In this document: positions 35,787-45,231 of the stretch, in pieces
Numbering within the stretch: the stretch's first letter is position 1
Layout of the letters: each line of letters opens with the position of its first letter
Origin: a virus
Taxonomy: Duplodnaviria > Caudoviricetes
Strand: one strand, 5' to 3'
IMG/VR virus record: IMGVR_UViG_3300010226_000008
Coordinates: 1-50,245 of that record
Length of the DNA stretch: 50,245 bases
The notes under the pieces: generated by a model
What the model was told of the DNA's origin: nothing
Database searches by the model: none
Seen by the model: the letters and a program-made list of their open reading frames with translations, nothing else
Translations under genes and position numbers: made by a program

Positions 35787-36185
35787 ATGGCAATCACCCA
35801 AGCATTCCCCAACGCTTCGAAGTTGGAAGCCCTGCAAGCCCTGTGCCCATCCGGCAGCACGTACAAGCTCGCCCTGCTCGCATCGACCGCCGCATACGAC
35901 AAGACCTCGACGACCTTTTCCGGCGCGGGCGAGGTCAGCGGCACCGGCTATACCGCAGGCGGCGCAACGCTGACGGGCTACAACGCAGCAATGAGCGGCG
36001 ACACTGCGCAACTGACGTTCGATTCGCCGACCTGGGCAAGTTCGACGATCACGGCGGCCGGTGCGGTGATCTATGACGCGGGTAGCGGAAAGATTCGCGG
36101 CGTGTTCAGCTTCGGCGGCAACATCACGTCGACGAACGGCACGTTCACCGCGACCATTCCGGCCAACGTAATTTCCATCACCTGA
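35787..36185 (+). CDS. Putative virion structural protein (inserted neck module)
   Basis: YKLALL...EVSGTGYTAGG...STITAAGAVIYD...STNGTFT. Confidence 0.65.
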   Translation: MAITQAFPNASKLEALQALCPSGSTYKLALLASTAAYDKTSTTFSGAGEVSGTGYTAGGATLTGYNAAMSGDTAQLTFDSPTWASSTITAAGAVIYDAGSGKIRGVFSFGGNITSTNGTFTATIPANVISIT

Positions 36186-36187
36186 TC

Positions 36188-36643
36188 ATGACGCCCGCCG
36201 AACTGGCGGTTTTGGCCGCCGAGATCAACACGGACCCGCTCGCGCTCGGCTACGCCGCGCATCTGCCGGGCGACCCGCAACGCGTCGTCGATCTGCTGAC
36301 GGAGCAAACTTACAGCATGATCAAATCGCGCTACGTGACCGCACGAACGATCATGGCTGAATGCGAAGATGGCGCGGCGATCCTGGACGCGCTGGAATTG
36401 CTGTCGAGCGAGATCAGCGCCGTCAAATGGATGATGACTTTTCTTCAGCAGAATTCCGGCATTGACGCGGGTCACCCCAAGACGCAAAAGAACCTAGACG
36501 ACCTCGCGGCAATCGGCAAACTGAACGGTGCGTATGCCAACGAATTGAAGCAAATCGCGGTACAACCTGCCGCCCGCTTCGAAATGATCGGCATCCCGCA
36601 ACCAAGCGCGCATGACGTCGTCACCGCAATGGAGATTCAATAA
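36188..36643 (+). CDS. Hypothetical protein (inserted neck module)
   Basis: EINTDPLALGY...; tightly coupled to its neighbours. Confidence 0.65.
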   Translation: MTPAELAVLAAEINTDPLALGYAAHLPGDPQRVVDLLTEQTYSMIKSRYVTARTIMAECEDGAAILDALELLSSEISAVKWMMTFLQQNSGIDAGHPKTQKNLDDLAAIGKLNGAYANELKQIAVQPAARFEMIGIPQPSAHDVVTAMEIQ

Positions 36644-37128
36644 TGGCAGGTAATATTCCCTTCGTAGAAGGCGCAATCCAGACTATCACGAGTACCGGCG
36701 CGTCGGCGGTGACGGGGTCGGCAGTTCTGGCGGGAACGCTAAACACGTCGAGCGGCGGCCCTTCGGCGACTGCTGGCAAGGTCTCTGCGCTATTCAGCTT
36801 GTTGGCCCAATGGGCGACCATCACCGGCATTGCCGCGAACACGACGATCGCCGACTTGTACCTTGTACCCGCAATCGACGGTACGAACTTCCCCGACGTG
36901 GACACGACGAGCGGTGCGAGCGTCATCGCATTCGGCTATCGTGTTGGATCGTTCGTTGCATCCAAAGCGCCGACCGCCAACACGAACATGCTGTTCAGCA
37001 CGGCGAGCGCAGCCCCTGTCGAACTGTTCCCGGCTCTTTACAACGTCTACGTCCTGAACCGCTCGGGTCAGACCATGTCCGCGAACTGGACCCTTAAAGC
37101 TCAAGCTGCCGGCGCGCAGTACACGTAA
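36643..37128 (+). CDS. Hypothetical beta-rich protein (inserted neck module)
   Basis: GGAG RBS; LYLVPAIDGTNFPD...NRSGQ. Confidence 0.65.
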   Translation: MAGNIPFVEGAIQTITSTGASAVTGSAVLAGTLNTSSGGPSATAGKVSALFSLLAQWATITGIAANTTIADLYLVPAIDGTNFPDVDTTSGASVIAFGYRVGSFVASKAPTANTNMLFSTASAAPVELFPALYNVYVLNRSGQTMSANWTLKAQAAGAQYT

Positions 37129-39056
37129 TGGCTGCGCTCGTCAGCAAGCGTGTGCGAACCACGCAACCGCAACCTGGGGAAGCTACCTTAATTGATTGGG
37201 ATAACCCGATTACTAAGGATATGACCGTTTGCTTGATGCATGCCGATCAAGCGTACGGCTTCGCCAGCTACATCGACGGCGCCAACCTCCCGGCCTCTGT
37301 GAATGTGGTCCCATTCACGGGGGGCACGCAATCCAACACCCCGCTCGGGACGGGTGGTCGCCCGACCGGCACCGCCGGCATGTATGACTTGACGGCAAAA
37401 GGTGCGATTAACTCGCCGAGTTATAGCCTGTTTGCGTTCGGCACCTGCACATCAGCGGGGGCAACCCAGTCCGCGATGGATATGGATAACAGCGCGGGGC
37501 GGTATTTTCAGTTTCGCATTGCTGGCGGTAAGGTTGATTTTATTCCGTTCAACAATAGCGCGTCCCCGACTGGTCAAGCGACATCTCCGGTAGCCCTATC
37601 ACTGTCGGAGATGTCGCGCGGTTTCACGATGGGGGCCACGGCCAGCCCAACGCGCACGGCGTGTTTCCAAAACGGCGTGGCGACAGTTGGCCCTACGCCA
37701 TCGAACATGTTGACCCCAACGACGACACTCCCAATTCGTGTTGGCGTTCGTCAGACGGGCACGCAGGCTTGGAGTACGGGCGCGCTGATGCTCGTCGTTG
37801 TATGGGTGCGCGCGCTGGCCGATTCGGAAATGCAGTCGCTCGCGGACAACCCGTGGCAACTGTTCAAACCGAAACATCGTCGGCTGTACATGGTCACGGC
37901 TGCGGCATCTAGCGACGGTTCGACGACCCTGTCAGGTGTTTCCGCAGCGTCCAGCGTCGGCACCGTGGCTGCGGCCGGTAACGCTGACGGACGCGTTACC
38001 GGCGTCCAGGCATCGAGTGCTGTCGCGAGCATCACGGCAACGGGCGGCGCAGGCGCGACACTGTCGGGCGTATCCGCCGCACCCACCGTCGCCAGCGTGA
38101 GCGCAACAGGTGGCGCGTCGACGACCTTGACGGGCGATCAGGCGTCAGCAGGCGTCAGCACCGTGGCGACCACTGGCGACGCTAATACGGCGCTTACAGG
38201 CGTTTCCGCAGCACCGGGGGTGGGAACCATCACCGCATCGGTTGGCGGCAGCGCCATGGTTCCGTTAAGCGGCGTCGCGGCATCGTCCGCAGTCGCCAGC
38301 GTGACCGCGTCGGGCGCCGCATCCGTTACGCTCGGGGCAGTCGCCAGCAACGGCAAGTCGAACGACATGGTCGTCACGGGTGGTGCGACCGTCGCGCCGG
38401 CCTACGTAAGTGCTGCTGCTGCAGTTGGCACGATCACCGCATCCGGTACGACGGGTAGCGCAACGGCGAACCTGCAGGGCGTCGCGGCGTCGGCAGCAGT
38501 CGGCACGATCGCCGCCGCCGGAACGCGAACCGCCATCGAAGTGGACGTCACCGAGGACATGGTCTGTCGAGCGGTGCGAGCGTACATCAAGAGCATTGCG
38601 GGCGGTATGTCCGTTCAACGCACCCCCGTGAACCGCGCGTCGATGCCGAAAGGTGCCTACGTGTCGTTCACGCCTGGATTGCGCCGACCGCTGTCGACGA
38701 ATCGTGAGGTCCGCGACGACAACTCGCGCACCGTGTCGCGGCCCGAGCAAATGTCGTTTCAAATCGACTGCTACGGCCAGGGGTCGTCCGAACTGGCGGA
38801 AATGCTCAACGTCCTGTACCGCGACGTGTACGCCTGCGACCTGTTCGACAGCTTCGGCTTTTCAGACGCACCGTTGTACGCTGGGGATATCCAGCAAGCC
38901 CCGTACGTGAATGGCGAAGATCAGTACGAAAACCGATACACGTTCGAAATCGAATTACAGATAAACTCCCGCGTAACCGTGCCGCTTCAATCCTGTAATA
39001 TCCTGGGTATCGATCTGGTATCGGTTGATGCAACCTTCCCACCAACAGAGGAATAA
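37128..39056 (+). CDS. Fusion: LamG/ConA-like domain + Ser/Ala/Val/Gly repeats + C-terminal tail-terminator-like domain
   Basis: VWVRALADSEMQSLADNPW; repeated LSGVSAASSVGT-like units; C-terminus VNRASMPK...QIDCYG...PLYA...NGEDQYENRY..EIELQIN, directly before the sheath gene. Confidence 0.7.
   Translation: MAALVSKRVRTTQPQPGEATLIDWDNPITKDMTVCLMHADQAYGFASYIDGANLPASVNVVPFTGGTQSNTPLGTGGRPTGTAGMYDLTAKGAINSPSYSLFAFGTCTSAGATQSAMDMDNSAGRYFQFRIAGGKVDFIPFNNSASPTGQATSPVALSLSEMSRGFTMGATASPTRTACFQNGVATVGPTPSNMLTPTTTLPIRVGVRQTGTQAWSTGALMLVVVWVRALADSEMQSLADNPWQLFKPKHRRLYMVTAAASSDGSTTLSGVSAASSVGTVAAAGNADGRVTGVQASSAVASITATGGAGATLSGVSAAPTVASVSATGGASTTLTGDQASAGVSTVATTGDANTALTGVSAAPGVGTITASVGGSAMVPLSGVAASSAVASVTASGAASVTLGAVASNGKSNDMVVTGGATVAPAYVSAAAAVGTITASGTTGSATANLQGVAASAAVGTIAAAGTRTAIEVDVTEDMVCRAVRAYIKSIAGGMSVQRTPVNRASMPKGAYVSFTPGLRRPLSTNREVRDDNSRTVSRPEQMSFQIDCYGQGSSELAEMLNVLYRDVYACDLFDSFGFSDAPLYAGDIQQAPYVNGEDQYENRYTFEIELQINSRVTVPLQSCNILGIDLVSVDATFPPTEE
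37925..38525 (+). repeat. Degenerate ~20-aa protein repeats (L-[ST]-G-V-x-A-x-x-x-V-[GA]-[TS]...)
   Basis: About ten units visible in the translation. Confidence 0.75.
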
Positions 39057-39059
39057 ACC

Positions 39060-40583
39060 ATGTCCATTCCGGCAAAAAAGCTTGTCAACGTTATCCCCGG
39101 CGTCATCGGGGCGGGTGGTGCGGCACTGGCCCTTTCGGGGCTGATCCTGACCACGAACACCGCCGTCCCGATCGGCGCGGTACAGCAGTTCTCCACCGCT
39201 GACGCAGTATCCGCGTTCTTCGGCTCGTCCAGCACCGAAGCGGCACTCGCGGCCGTCTACTTCGCAGGCTTCGACAACTCGACCGCCAAACCGGCAAATC
39301 TGCTGTTCTGGCAGTATCCGACCGCTTCCGTATCCGCGTACCTGCGTAGCGGTTCGCTCGCTTCGATGACCCTGACCCAACTGCAGGCCATCACCGCCGG
39401 CACTATGAGCGTGACCGTTGACGGAACCGTCAAGACTTCGTCGTCCATCAACCTCGCAACCGCGACCAGCTTCAGTGACGCGGCGTCGAAGATCACGGCA
39501 GCATTCACGGGTGGCCCGACCGTCACGTATGACGCGCAGCGTGCGGCGTTCGTCGCAACGTCCGGCACGACCGGCGCAACGTCGACGATCACGTTCGCAA
39601 CCGGCGCGATCGCAACTGCGCTGAAACTGACGCAGGCAACGGGCGCTGTCACTTCGCAAGGCGCCGCCGCCAGCACGCCAGCCGCAGCAATGACGGCGAT
39701 CGTCGGCAAGGCGCTGAACTGGGCGGGCTTCATGACCACGTTCGAACCCGTGATCGCCGACAAAATCGCCTTCGCAACCTGGGCGTCCCAACAGGGCGAC
39801 CGCTTCGCATACGCATGCTGGGATACCGACGTCAACGCAACCGTGCAAGGCGATACGACCTCGTTCGGCGCGCAGGTGAACGCACTGGGCCTGTCGGGCT
39901 CGATCCCGCTCACCGCCGATACCAACGTCGCCGCAAGCCTGGGCGTCACGCTGCAGTCGATCGCGCAACCGCTCGCCGCGTTCATGCTCGGCTATCTGGC
40001 ATCGATCGACTTCACGCGCACGAACGGCCGCGTCACCGCCGCATACCGCAGTCAGGGCGCCATCGTGCCGGGCGTGACCGACGCCACGGTCGGCGATACG
40101 CTGATCGCGAACGGCTACAACTTCTACGGCAATTACGCCACGTCGCAACAGTCGTTCACCTTCCTGCAGCCGGGTCAAATCTCGGGCCGCTTCGACTGGA
40201 TCGACAGCTTCGCTAATGAAGTGTGGCTCAACGCCAATTTCCAGCAAACGCTCATGACGTTCATGGCCGCGTCGGGTTCGATCCCGTACAATGCTGTCGG
40301 CTACTCGGCAATCGAAACGGTGTTGCAAGACCCGATCAACCAAGCGATCAACTTCGGCGCGATCCGTGCCGGCGTGACGCTGTCGGGCTCGCAGATCGTG
40401 TCGGTCAACGCGACTGCCGGCAAGAGCATCGATACGGTGCTGTCGACGCGCGGTTGGTATCTGAACATCAAAGACCCCGGCGCGGCGGTGCGCGCGGCCC
40501 GTGGCACGCCGCAAATGACGTTCTTTTACTGCGACGGCGGGTCGGTCCAACAAATGACGCTCGCGTCCCTGATGGTTCAATAA
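39060..40583 (+). CDS. Tail sheath protein (DUF3383-like)
   Basis: IPA..LVNVIPGVI, YFAGFDNS, NWAGF, NGYNFYG, IPYN..GY, FYCDGGSVQ. Confidence 0.92.
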   Translation: MSIPAKKLVNVIPGVIGAGGAALALSGLILTTNTAVPIGAVQQFSTADAVSAFFGSSSTEAALAAVYFAGFDNSTAKPANLLFWQYPTASVSAYLRSGSLASMTLTQLQAITAGTMSVTVDGTVKTSSSINLATATSFSDAASKITAAFTGGPTVTYDAQRAAFVATSGTTGATSTITFATGAIATALKLTQATGAVTSQGAAASTPAAAMTAIVGKALNWAGFMTTFEPVIADKIAFATWASQQGDRFAYACWDTDVNATVQGDTTSFGAQVNALGLSGSIPLTADTNVAASLGVTLQSIAQPLAAFMLGYLASIDFTRTNGRVTAAYRSQGAIVPGVTDATVGDTLIANGYNFYGNYATSQQSFTFLQPGQISGRFDWIDSFANEVWLNANFQQTLMTFMAASGSIPYNAVGYSAIETVLQDPINQAINFGAIRAGVTLSGSQIVSVNATAGKSIDTVLSTRGWYLNIKDPGAAVRAARGTPQMTFFYCDGGSVQQMTLASLMVQ

Positions 40584-40595
40584 GGAGAAATACTC

Positions 40596-41027
40596 ATGGC
40601 AACCCTGACCACTGCAAACAGCGCCGTATCGGTCGTCGTGCGCGGCCTGTTCCCGGTCCCGCAACACCTGCAGGGCTACGCAACCGACGACAGCTTCGCA
40701 ACCGAAGACGTCAACCCCATGGAGGTCCAAATGGGCGTCGACGGTCAACTGTCGGGCGGTTTCGTTCCGTACGCGACCCCGATCACGTTCACGCTGCAGG
40801 CCGACAGCCCGAGCATCGCCATGTTCGACACCGTGTTGGAAGCGCAGAAGGCGAGCAAGGAGGGTTTCATCTTCGACGCGACGATCCTGATCCAGGGTAC
40901 CGGCGACAAGTACGCCTGCACGAAAGGCTTCCTCACGACCGCGACGCCGATGTCGACTGCGAAGAAGACGCTGCAGCCGCGTAAATTCACGCTGACGTTC
41001 CAGGACGTCACGAAAGCCCCGGTGTAA
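40596..41027 (+). CDS. Tail tube protein
   Basis: TLTTANS, LQGYATDD, MGVDGQLSGG, LQADSPS. Confidence 0.85.
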   Translation: MATLTTANSAVSVVVRGLFPVPQHLQGYATDDSFATEDVNPMEVQMGVDGQLSGGFVPYATPITFTLQADSPSIAMFDTVLEAQKASKEGFIFDATILIQGTGDKYACTKGFLTTATPMSTAKKTLQPRKFTLTFQDVTKAPV

Positions 41028-41029
41028 CC

Positions 41030-41458
41030 ATGGCGCGCAAAGAGATTATCTGGACGGCAGCGGTCGGTCGCGACAGCGGCAAGAAGTTCCAAATCACGGA
41101 GATGTCCGCGCGCGCCGGCCACGCCTGGGCAACCCGGCTGTTGCTGGCCCTCATGTCGTCTGGCGTGGAGATCGACGAGGACATCGCCGAACGTGGTCTC
41201 GCAGGGCTGGCAACGGTCGCCCTGACGGCTGTCGGCAAGGTCCAATCGGCGGTCGCGCTGCCGCTGCTCGACGAACTGCTCGGGTGCGTGATGTCCGTCC
41301 AGGAAAAGGGCGTGCGCAAATGGATCGACGATGACTTCGAAGAGGTCGCCACGATCTTCCAGTTGCAAAAGGCCGTCTTCGATCTGCATGTCGAGCCTTT
41401 TACTTCAGGCGGCCTGTTGACTTCGGCGTCCACGAAGGAACCAGCAACCGCCGACTGA
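41030..41458 (+). CDS. Tail assembly chaperone
   Basis: GRDSGKKFQITEMSA...DFEEVAT; position after the tube gene. Confidence 0.8.
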   Translation: MARKEIIWTAAVGRDSGKKFQITEMSARAGHAWATRLLLALMSSGVEIDEDIAERGLAGLATVALTAVGKVQSAVALPLLDELLGCVMSVQEKGVRKWIDDDFEEVATIFQLQKAVFDLHVEPFTSGGLLTSASTKEPATAD

Positions 41459-41625
41459 TCAACTACGAAAATGTGCCGGCGACAATCGGCACGGTCGTAT
41501 CGAGAGGTCTTGCGACTCTACACGAATTGGACACCGTGTACGGGACGCAAGACCTTTACGACATGTTGGAAATATTAGCAATCGACACTCACAATCAAAA
41601 CATAATGCGAAAGATGAAAGATTAA
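41455..41625 (+). CDS. Second tail chaperone segment (-1 frame, probable frameshift extension)
   Basis: LINYENVPATIGTVVSRGLATLHELDTVYGTQDLYDMLEI...; no good RBS; the -1 frame is open back into the upstream gene. Confidence 0.65.
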   Translation: MINYENVPATIGTVVSRGLATLHELDTVYGTQDLYDMLEILAIDTHNQNIMRKMKD

Positions 41626-41634
41626 TGCGGTTAT

Positions 41635-41686
41635 TGCTTGGATAGGGGGCGCCCGATAAGATGGTTTGACCGCCATTTTCCAAGCA
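41635..41686 (+). ncRNA. Structured RNA (three-way junction, C4-antisense-like) upstream of HNH-2
   Basis: P1 UGCUUGGA/UCCAAGCA, P2 GGG-GGCG-CCC, P3 AGAUGG-UUUGACCG-CCAUUU, then a U-run. Confidence 0.6.
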
Positions 41687-41715
41687 TTTTATGGTCACCT
41701 TTAGTCAAGGTAAAA

Positions 41716-42333
41716 ATGAAAGCGTGCAATAGGTGCAAGATAACAAAACCAAACGGCGCATTTAATAAATGCAAATCTAAACCGGACGGACTGCAACCCC
41801 GATGTCGCGATTGCGACCGTCAATATACAGCCAAAAACAAAGATAAAAATAATGCCCGGTCCAAGCAATGGGCGATAGACAATAAAGAGCGAAAGCGAGA
41901 AAAGAATCAATTGTGGTTGGCGAATAACAAAGACAAGCGCGCAACCATAGATAGACGTCACCGAGATAAAAATAAACAAAAACGAAACGATAGCGCTAAT
42001 TGCTGGAAAAGACTAAACCGAGAAAGATGCAAAGAAATTGCGCGAGCATGGCAGATAGCAAATGCAGATCGAGCAAATTTTTCCGCCGCTAAGCGCAGAT
42101 CAACAAAACTTAAAGCAACACCCGCGTGGCGAAATGAAAACGCAATAAAAGAATTATATAAAGAAGCGTTGAGGTTGACTCGCGATACTGGAATTAAGCA
42201 TCATGTGGACCATATCGTGCCGTTATCGTCCGAAATTGTTTGCGGTCTGCATGTTGAATTTAATTTGCAAATACTAACTGCTATCGAAAACCAATCTAAA
42301 GGCAATAGAATATGGCCCGATATGCCAAATTAA
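41716..42333 (+). CDS. HNH endonuclease 2 (probable homing/mobile)
   Basis: Homologous to HNH-1 (DGLQPRC, ATPAW, VDHIVPL, CGLH, KGNR.WPDMP); visibly AT-rich. Confidence 0.9.
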   Translation: MKACNRCKITKPNGAFNKCKSKPDGLQPRCRDCDRQYTAKNKDKNNARSKQWAIDNKERKREKNQLWLANNKDKRATIDRRHRDKNKQKRNDSANCWKRLNRERCKEIARAWQIANADRANFSAAKRRSTKLKATPAWRNENAIKELYKEALRLTRDTGIKHHVDHIVPLSSEIVCGLHVEFNLQILTAIENQSKGNRIWPDMPN

Positions 42334-42343
42334 AGGGATCAAA

Positions 42344-44305
42344 ATGAGCACAACAGTTATCGACGCATTCGTGACGACGCTCGGCCTGGACGGAACGCTG
42401 TTCCGAAAGGGCATGAAGGACGCGGAGAACGCACAAGACAAGCTCGACAAGAACACGAAGCGCATCAACCGTGATCGCGAGAAGTCCGAGCAGGAAGCCG
42501 CAAAGGCGCGCGAGAAGCGCCAAAAGCAAATCGACGAGCAGGGCAAACGTAGCGTCGAGGGCTACAAGAAGGTCCGCAACGAACTCCTTGCGATCGGCGC
42601 TATTTTTACGGCCGGCGTCGGCATCAAAGACTTCCTGACGAACACGATCAACACCGCCGCGAACCTGGGCTACCTGTCGCAAAACCTGCGCATGTCGACC
42701 GAGGACTTGACGTCGTGGCAGCGCGCCAGTGAGCGTGCAGGCGGCAGCGCGGAAGGCATCATCGGCCAGTTGAAGGAGTCGGCCGAGACGCTCGCGGCGT
42801 TCAAGTCAGGCATGGGTCCGAACGAAGGTTTGCAATCGTTCTTCCGGTGGGGCGGAAAACCCGAAGACCTGAAGGACGGCAATACGTACCTGCTCGCGCG
42901 CTCGCGCATCATCTCGGAAATGTTCAAGCGCGACCCGGCGCAAGCATCCGTGATCGCGAAACAGATGGGCGTCGCAGAAGATCAATTCAACTTCCTGAAG
43001 CAAGGTCCGGATGCGGTGATGGACCTCGTGCGCGCGCAGGAAAAGAACGCAGCCATCACCGCGAAGGACGCCGCCGAAGCGCTCAAACTAAAGAACCGAT
43101 TGCTTGACCTGCGCGACAGCTTGACGTCCACGGGGACGCGCATCGCCGTCCAATTGATCCCGCTGATCGACATGATGGTCGAAAGGCTGACCAAATTGTC
43201 GCAATGGGCGATCGACCACAAGGACGATATTGCGCGCTGGGTCGACAACATGACCGTGTGGATCAAGGACTTCGTCAAGACGGCCGACAGCGCAGCGGAA
43301 GCGGTCGGGGGCTGGAAAAACGTCTTAATCGGTCTCGCAGCGTTCAAGGCTTTGTCGATGGCCGCCAGCTTCGTGACGCTCGCCGGGTCACTCGTGCAAC
43401 TTGCCGGTGGCCTGTCCGCCGTTGCTGCGGGCGGGGGCGCGTTGAGCGTGCTCGCGGGGCTTGCCGCTGCCGGCCTGGGCGGCGCGCTAGGTTACGGCGT
43501 CGGGACGGTCATCAGTAAAAACCTAAGCGACGAGACCAACAACAGCATCGGGCGCGGCATCGCGAAGGTTCTCGCGAAACTGGGCGTAAAGAGCGCACAA
43601 GAAGCGCTCGATAACGAGGCGGCCGCCAGCGTGGCGCAACGATCGGCGTCGGGAAAGATCAAACCCGTGCCGAAGAAGGCATCCGACCCAAAGCCCGTCG
43701 TCGATAAGTTGGTGGGCATGGGCTGGACGTCCGAGCAGGCCGCAGGGATCGCCGCAAGCTTCATGCAAGAAAGCAACCTCGACCCGTCCGCGCGCAACTC
43801 TGCATCGGGGGCGTACGGCATCGGGCAATGGCTCGGCTCGCGCGTGGCCGACTTTAAAGAGTTCACCGGGCGCGACCTCGTCGGATCGTCGTTGGAGGAC
43901 CAACTGCGGTTCTTCCAGCACGAGGTTACCAACGGCAAGGAGAAACGTGCGGGGAACATGCTGCGGGCCGCCAAAACGGCCGAGGACGCCGCGCGCATCC
44001 ATTCCGAGGCATACGAGCGTCCAGGCGCGGAAGAAGCCAACATCGACCGTCGTAAGCGCCTTGCCGCGCAACTGGCGGCCGGTGGGCGCGCAGCCAACGC
44101 CGCGACGGCGGGGTCGATCCCTGCAGGTGCGGCCGCCAGCGTGCCGAACAGCGTGACATCGACCAGCACGTCGAAAAGCGAAGTCACCATCGGCAACATC
44201 AACATCCAGACGCAAGCCACGGACGCGCAGGGCGTCGCGACCGCGATCCGGCCCGCCGTGGAGAAATACACGTTCGCGTCGCAGGCAAACACTGGGGTCC
44301 GGTAA
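42344..44305 (+). CDS. Tape measure protein with C-terminal lysozyme-like domain
   Basis: TVIDAFVTTLGLD N-terminus, helical body, QAAGI...QES.LDP.A...GAYGIGQWLGSR. Confidence 0.88.
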   Translation: MSTTVIDAFVTTLGLDGTLFRKGMKDAENAQDKLDKNTKRINRDREKSEQEAAKAREKRQKQIDEQGKRSVEGYKKVRNELLAIGAIFTAGVGIKDFLTNTINTAANLGYLSQNLRMSTEDLTSWQRASERAGGSAEGIIGQLKESAETLAAFKSGMGPNEGLQSFFRWGGKPEDLKDGNTYLLARSRIISEMFKRDPAQASVIAKQMGVAEDQFNFLKQGPDAVMDLVRAQEKNAAITAKDAAEALKLKNRLLDLRDSLTSTGTRIAVQLIPLIDMMVERLTKLSQWAIDHKDDIARWVDNMTVWIKDFVKTADSAAEAVGGWKNVLIGLAAFKALSMAASFVTLAGSLVQLAGGLSAVAAGGGALSVLAGLAAAGLGGALGYGVGTVISKNLSDETNNSIGRGIAKVLAKLGVKSAQEALDNEAAASVAQRSASGKIKPVPKKASDPKPVVDKLVGMGWTSEQAAGIAASFMQESNLDPSARNSASGAYGIGQWLGSRVADFKEFTGRDLVGSSLEDQLRFFQHEVTNGKEKRAGNMLRAAKTAEDAARIHSEAYERPGAEEANIDRRKRLAAQLAAGGRAANAATAGSIPAGAAASVPNSVTSTSTSKSEVTIGNINIQTQATDAQGVATAIRPAVEKYTFASQANTGVR

Positions 44306-44944
44306 ATGGCAATCGACATCATCCCAAAATCACTTTATCCCGTTGTACCCCAGGCGCTCGGCGTGCCGGCGTTGCTGCGCGGCGGGGCGCAAATCCTGGA
44401 CACGATCACGCTCGGCCAATTCGGCATCAGTGACGCCTTGCCCAGCGTGATCGGCGTGGACGTGACGAAATGGGGCGTGTTCGACTCGGGCGGGAACTCG
44501 ATCGGCGATTACGACTCCATGTTCGCGGTGAACTACCGCAACGAGTCGCGTATCTCGGATTACCCCGTTGAGGGCGGGTCGTTCGCGGCATACAACAAGG
44601 TCGACAATCCGTTCGACGTGATGGTGACGCTCAATTGCGGCGGCGACGAGGCACGGCGCGCGAACTTCCTCGCGGCAGTAGAAGCGGCGCGGGGGTCGCT
44701 CGACCTGTACACCGTGATCACGCCCGAATACACGTTCAAGAACGTCAATTTCGTCGGCGTCGATTATTCGCGCAGCGTGCGCGACGGCGCGTACATGTTG
44801 AGCGTCCAGATGTACGGGCGCGAGGTTCGCGAAATCTCGGCGTCGTATTCATCACCGAAAGATTCGGAGGTTTCCGACATGCTGAACCAAGGCATGATCC
44901 AGACCGTCGACGATCCGAGCATCGATACGTCGGGGGTTGCATGA
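44306..44944 (+). CDS. Baseplate / tail tube initiator-like protein
   Basis: WGVFD, ISDYPVEGGSFAAYNKV, VITPE. Confidence 0.75.
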   Translation: MAIDIIPKSLYPVVPQALGVPALLRGGAQILDTITLGQFGISDALPSVIGVDVTKWGVFDSGGNSIGDYDSMFAVNYRNESRISDYPVEGGSFAAYNKVDNPFDVMVTLNCGGDEARRANFLAAVEAARGSLDLYTVITPEYTFKNVNFVGVDYSRSVRDGAYMLSVQMYGREVREISASYSSPKDSEVSDMLNQGMIQTVDDPSIDTSGVA

Positions 44945-45231
44945 CGATTCGCATTCCAACCGTTGCCACGGCAAACCAGACCCTTACGGTCACGCTCGGC
45001 GGGCAACTGTGCAAGATCACCATCATTCAGCGTAACGGGCTCGTTTATTTGTCCCTCGCGGCGAACAATGTTTCGGTGATTGAAACGAGGATGTGCCGCG
45101 ATCGTACAAAACTTGTGCGGGGCGCTCACCTGGGATTTACTGGCGATCTTGCGTTTATCGACACGAGGGGTGCGACCGACCCCGATTACAGCGGATTCGG
45201 TACTCGATATCAACTGGTCTATCTGCCATGA
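44941..45231 (+). CDS. Small baseplate protein
   Basis: NQTLTVTLGGQ.C...GFTGDLAFIDT.G..DP.Y.G.GTRYQLVY. Confidence 0.75.
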   Translation: MTIRIPTVATANQTLTVTLGGQLCKITIIQRNGLVYLSLAANNVSVIETRMCRDRTKLVRGAHLGFTGDLAFIDTRGATDPDYSGFGTRYQLVYLP

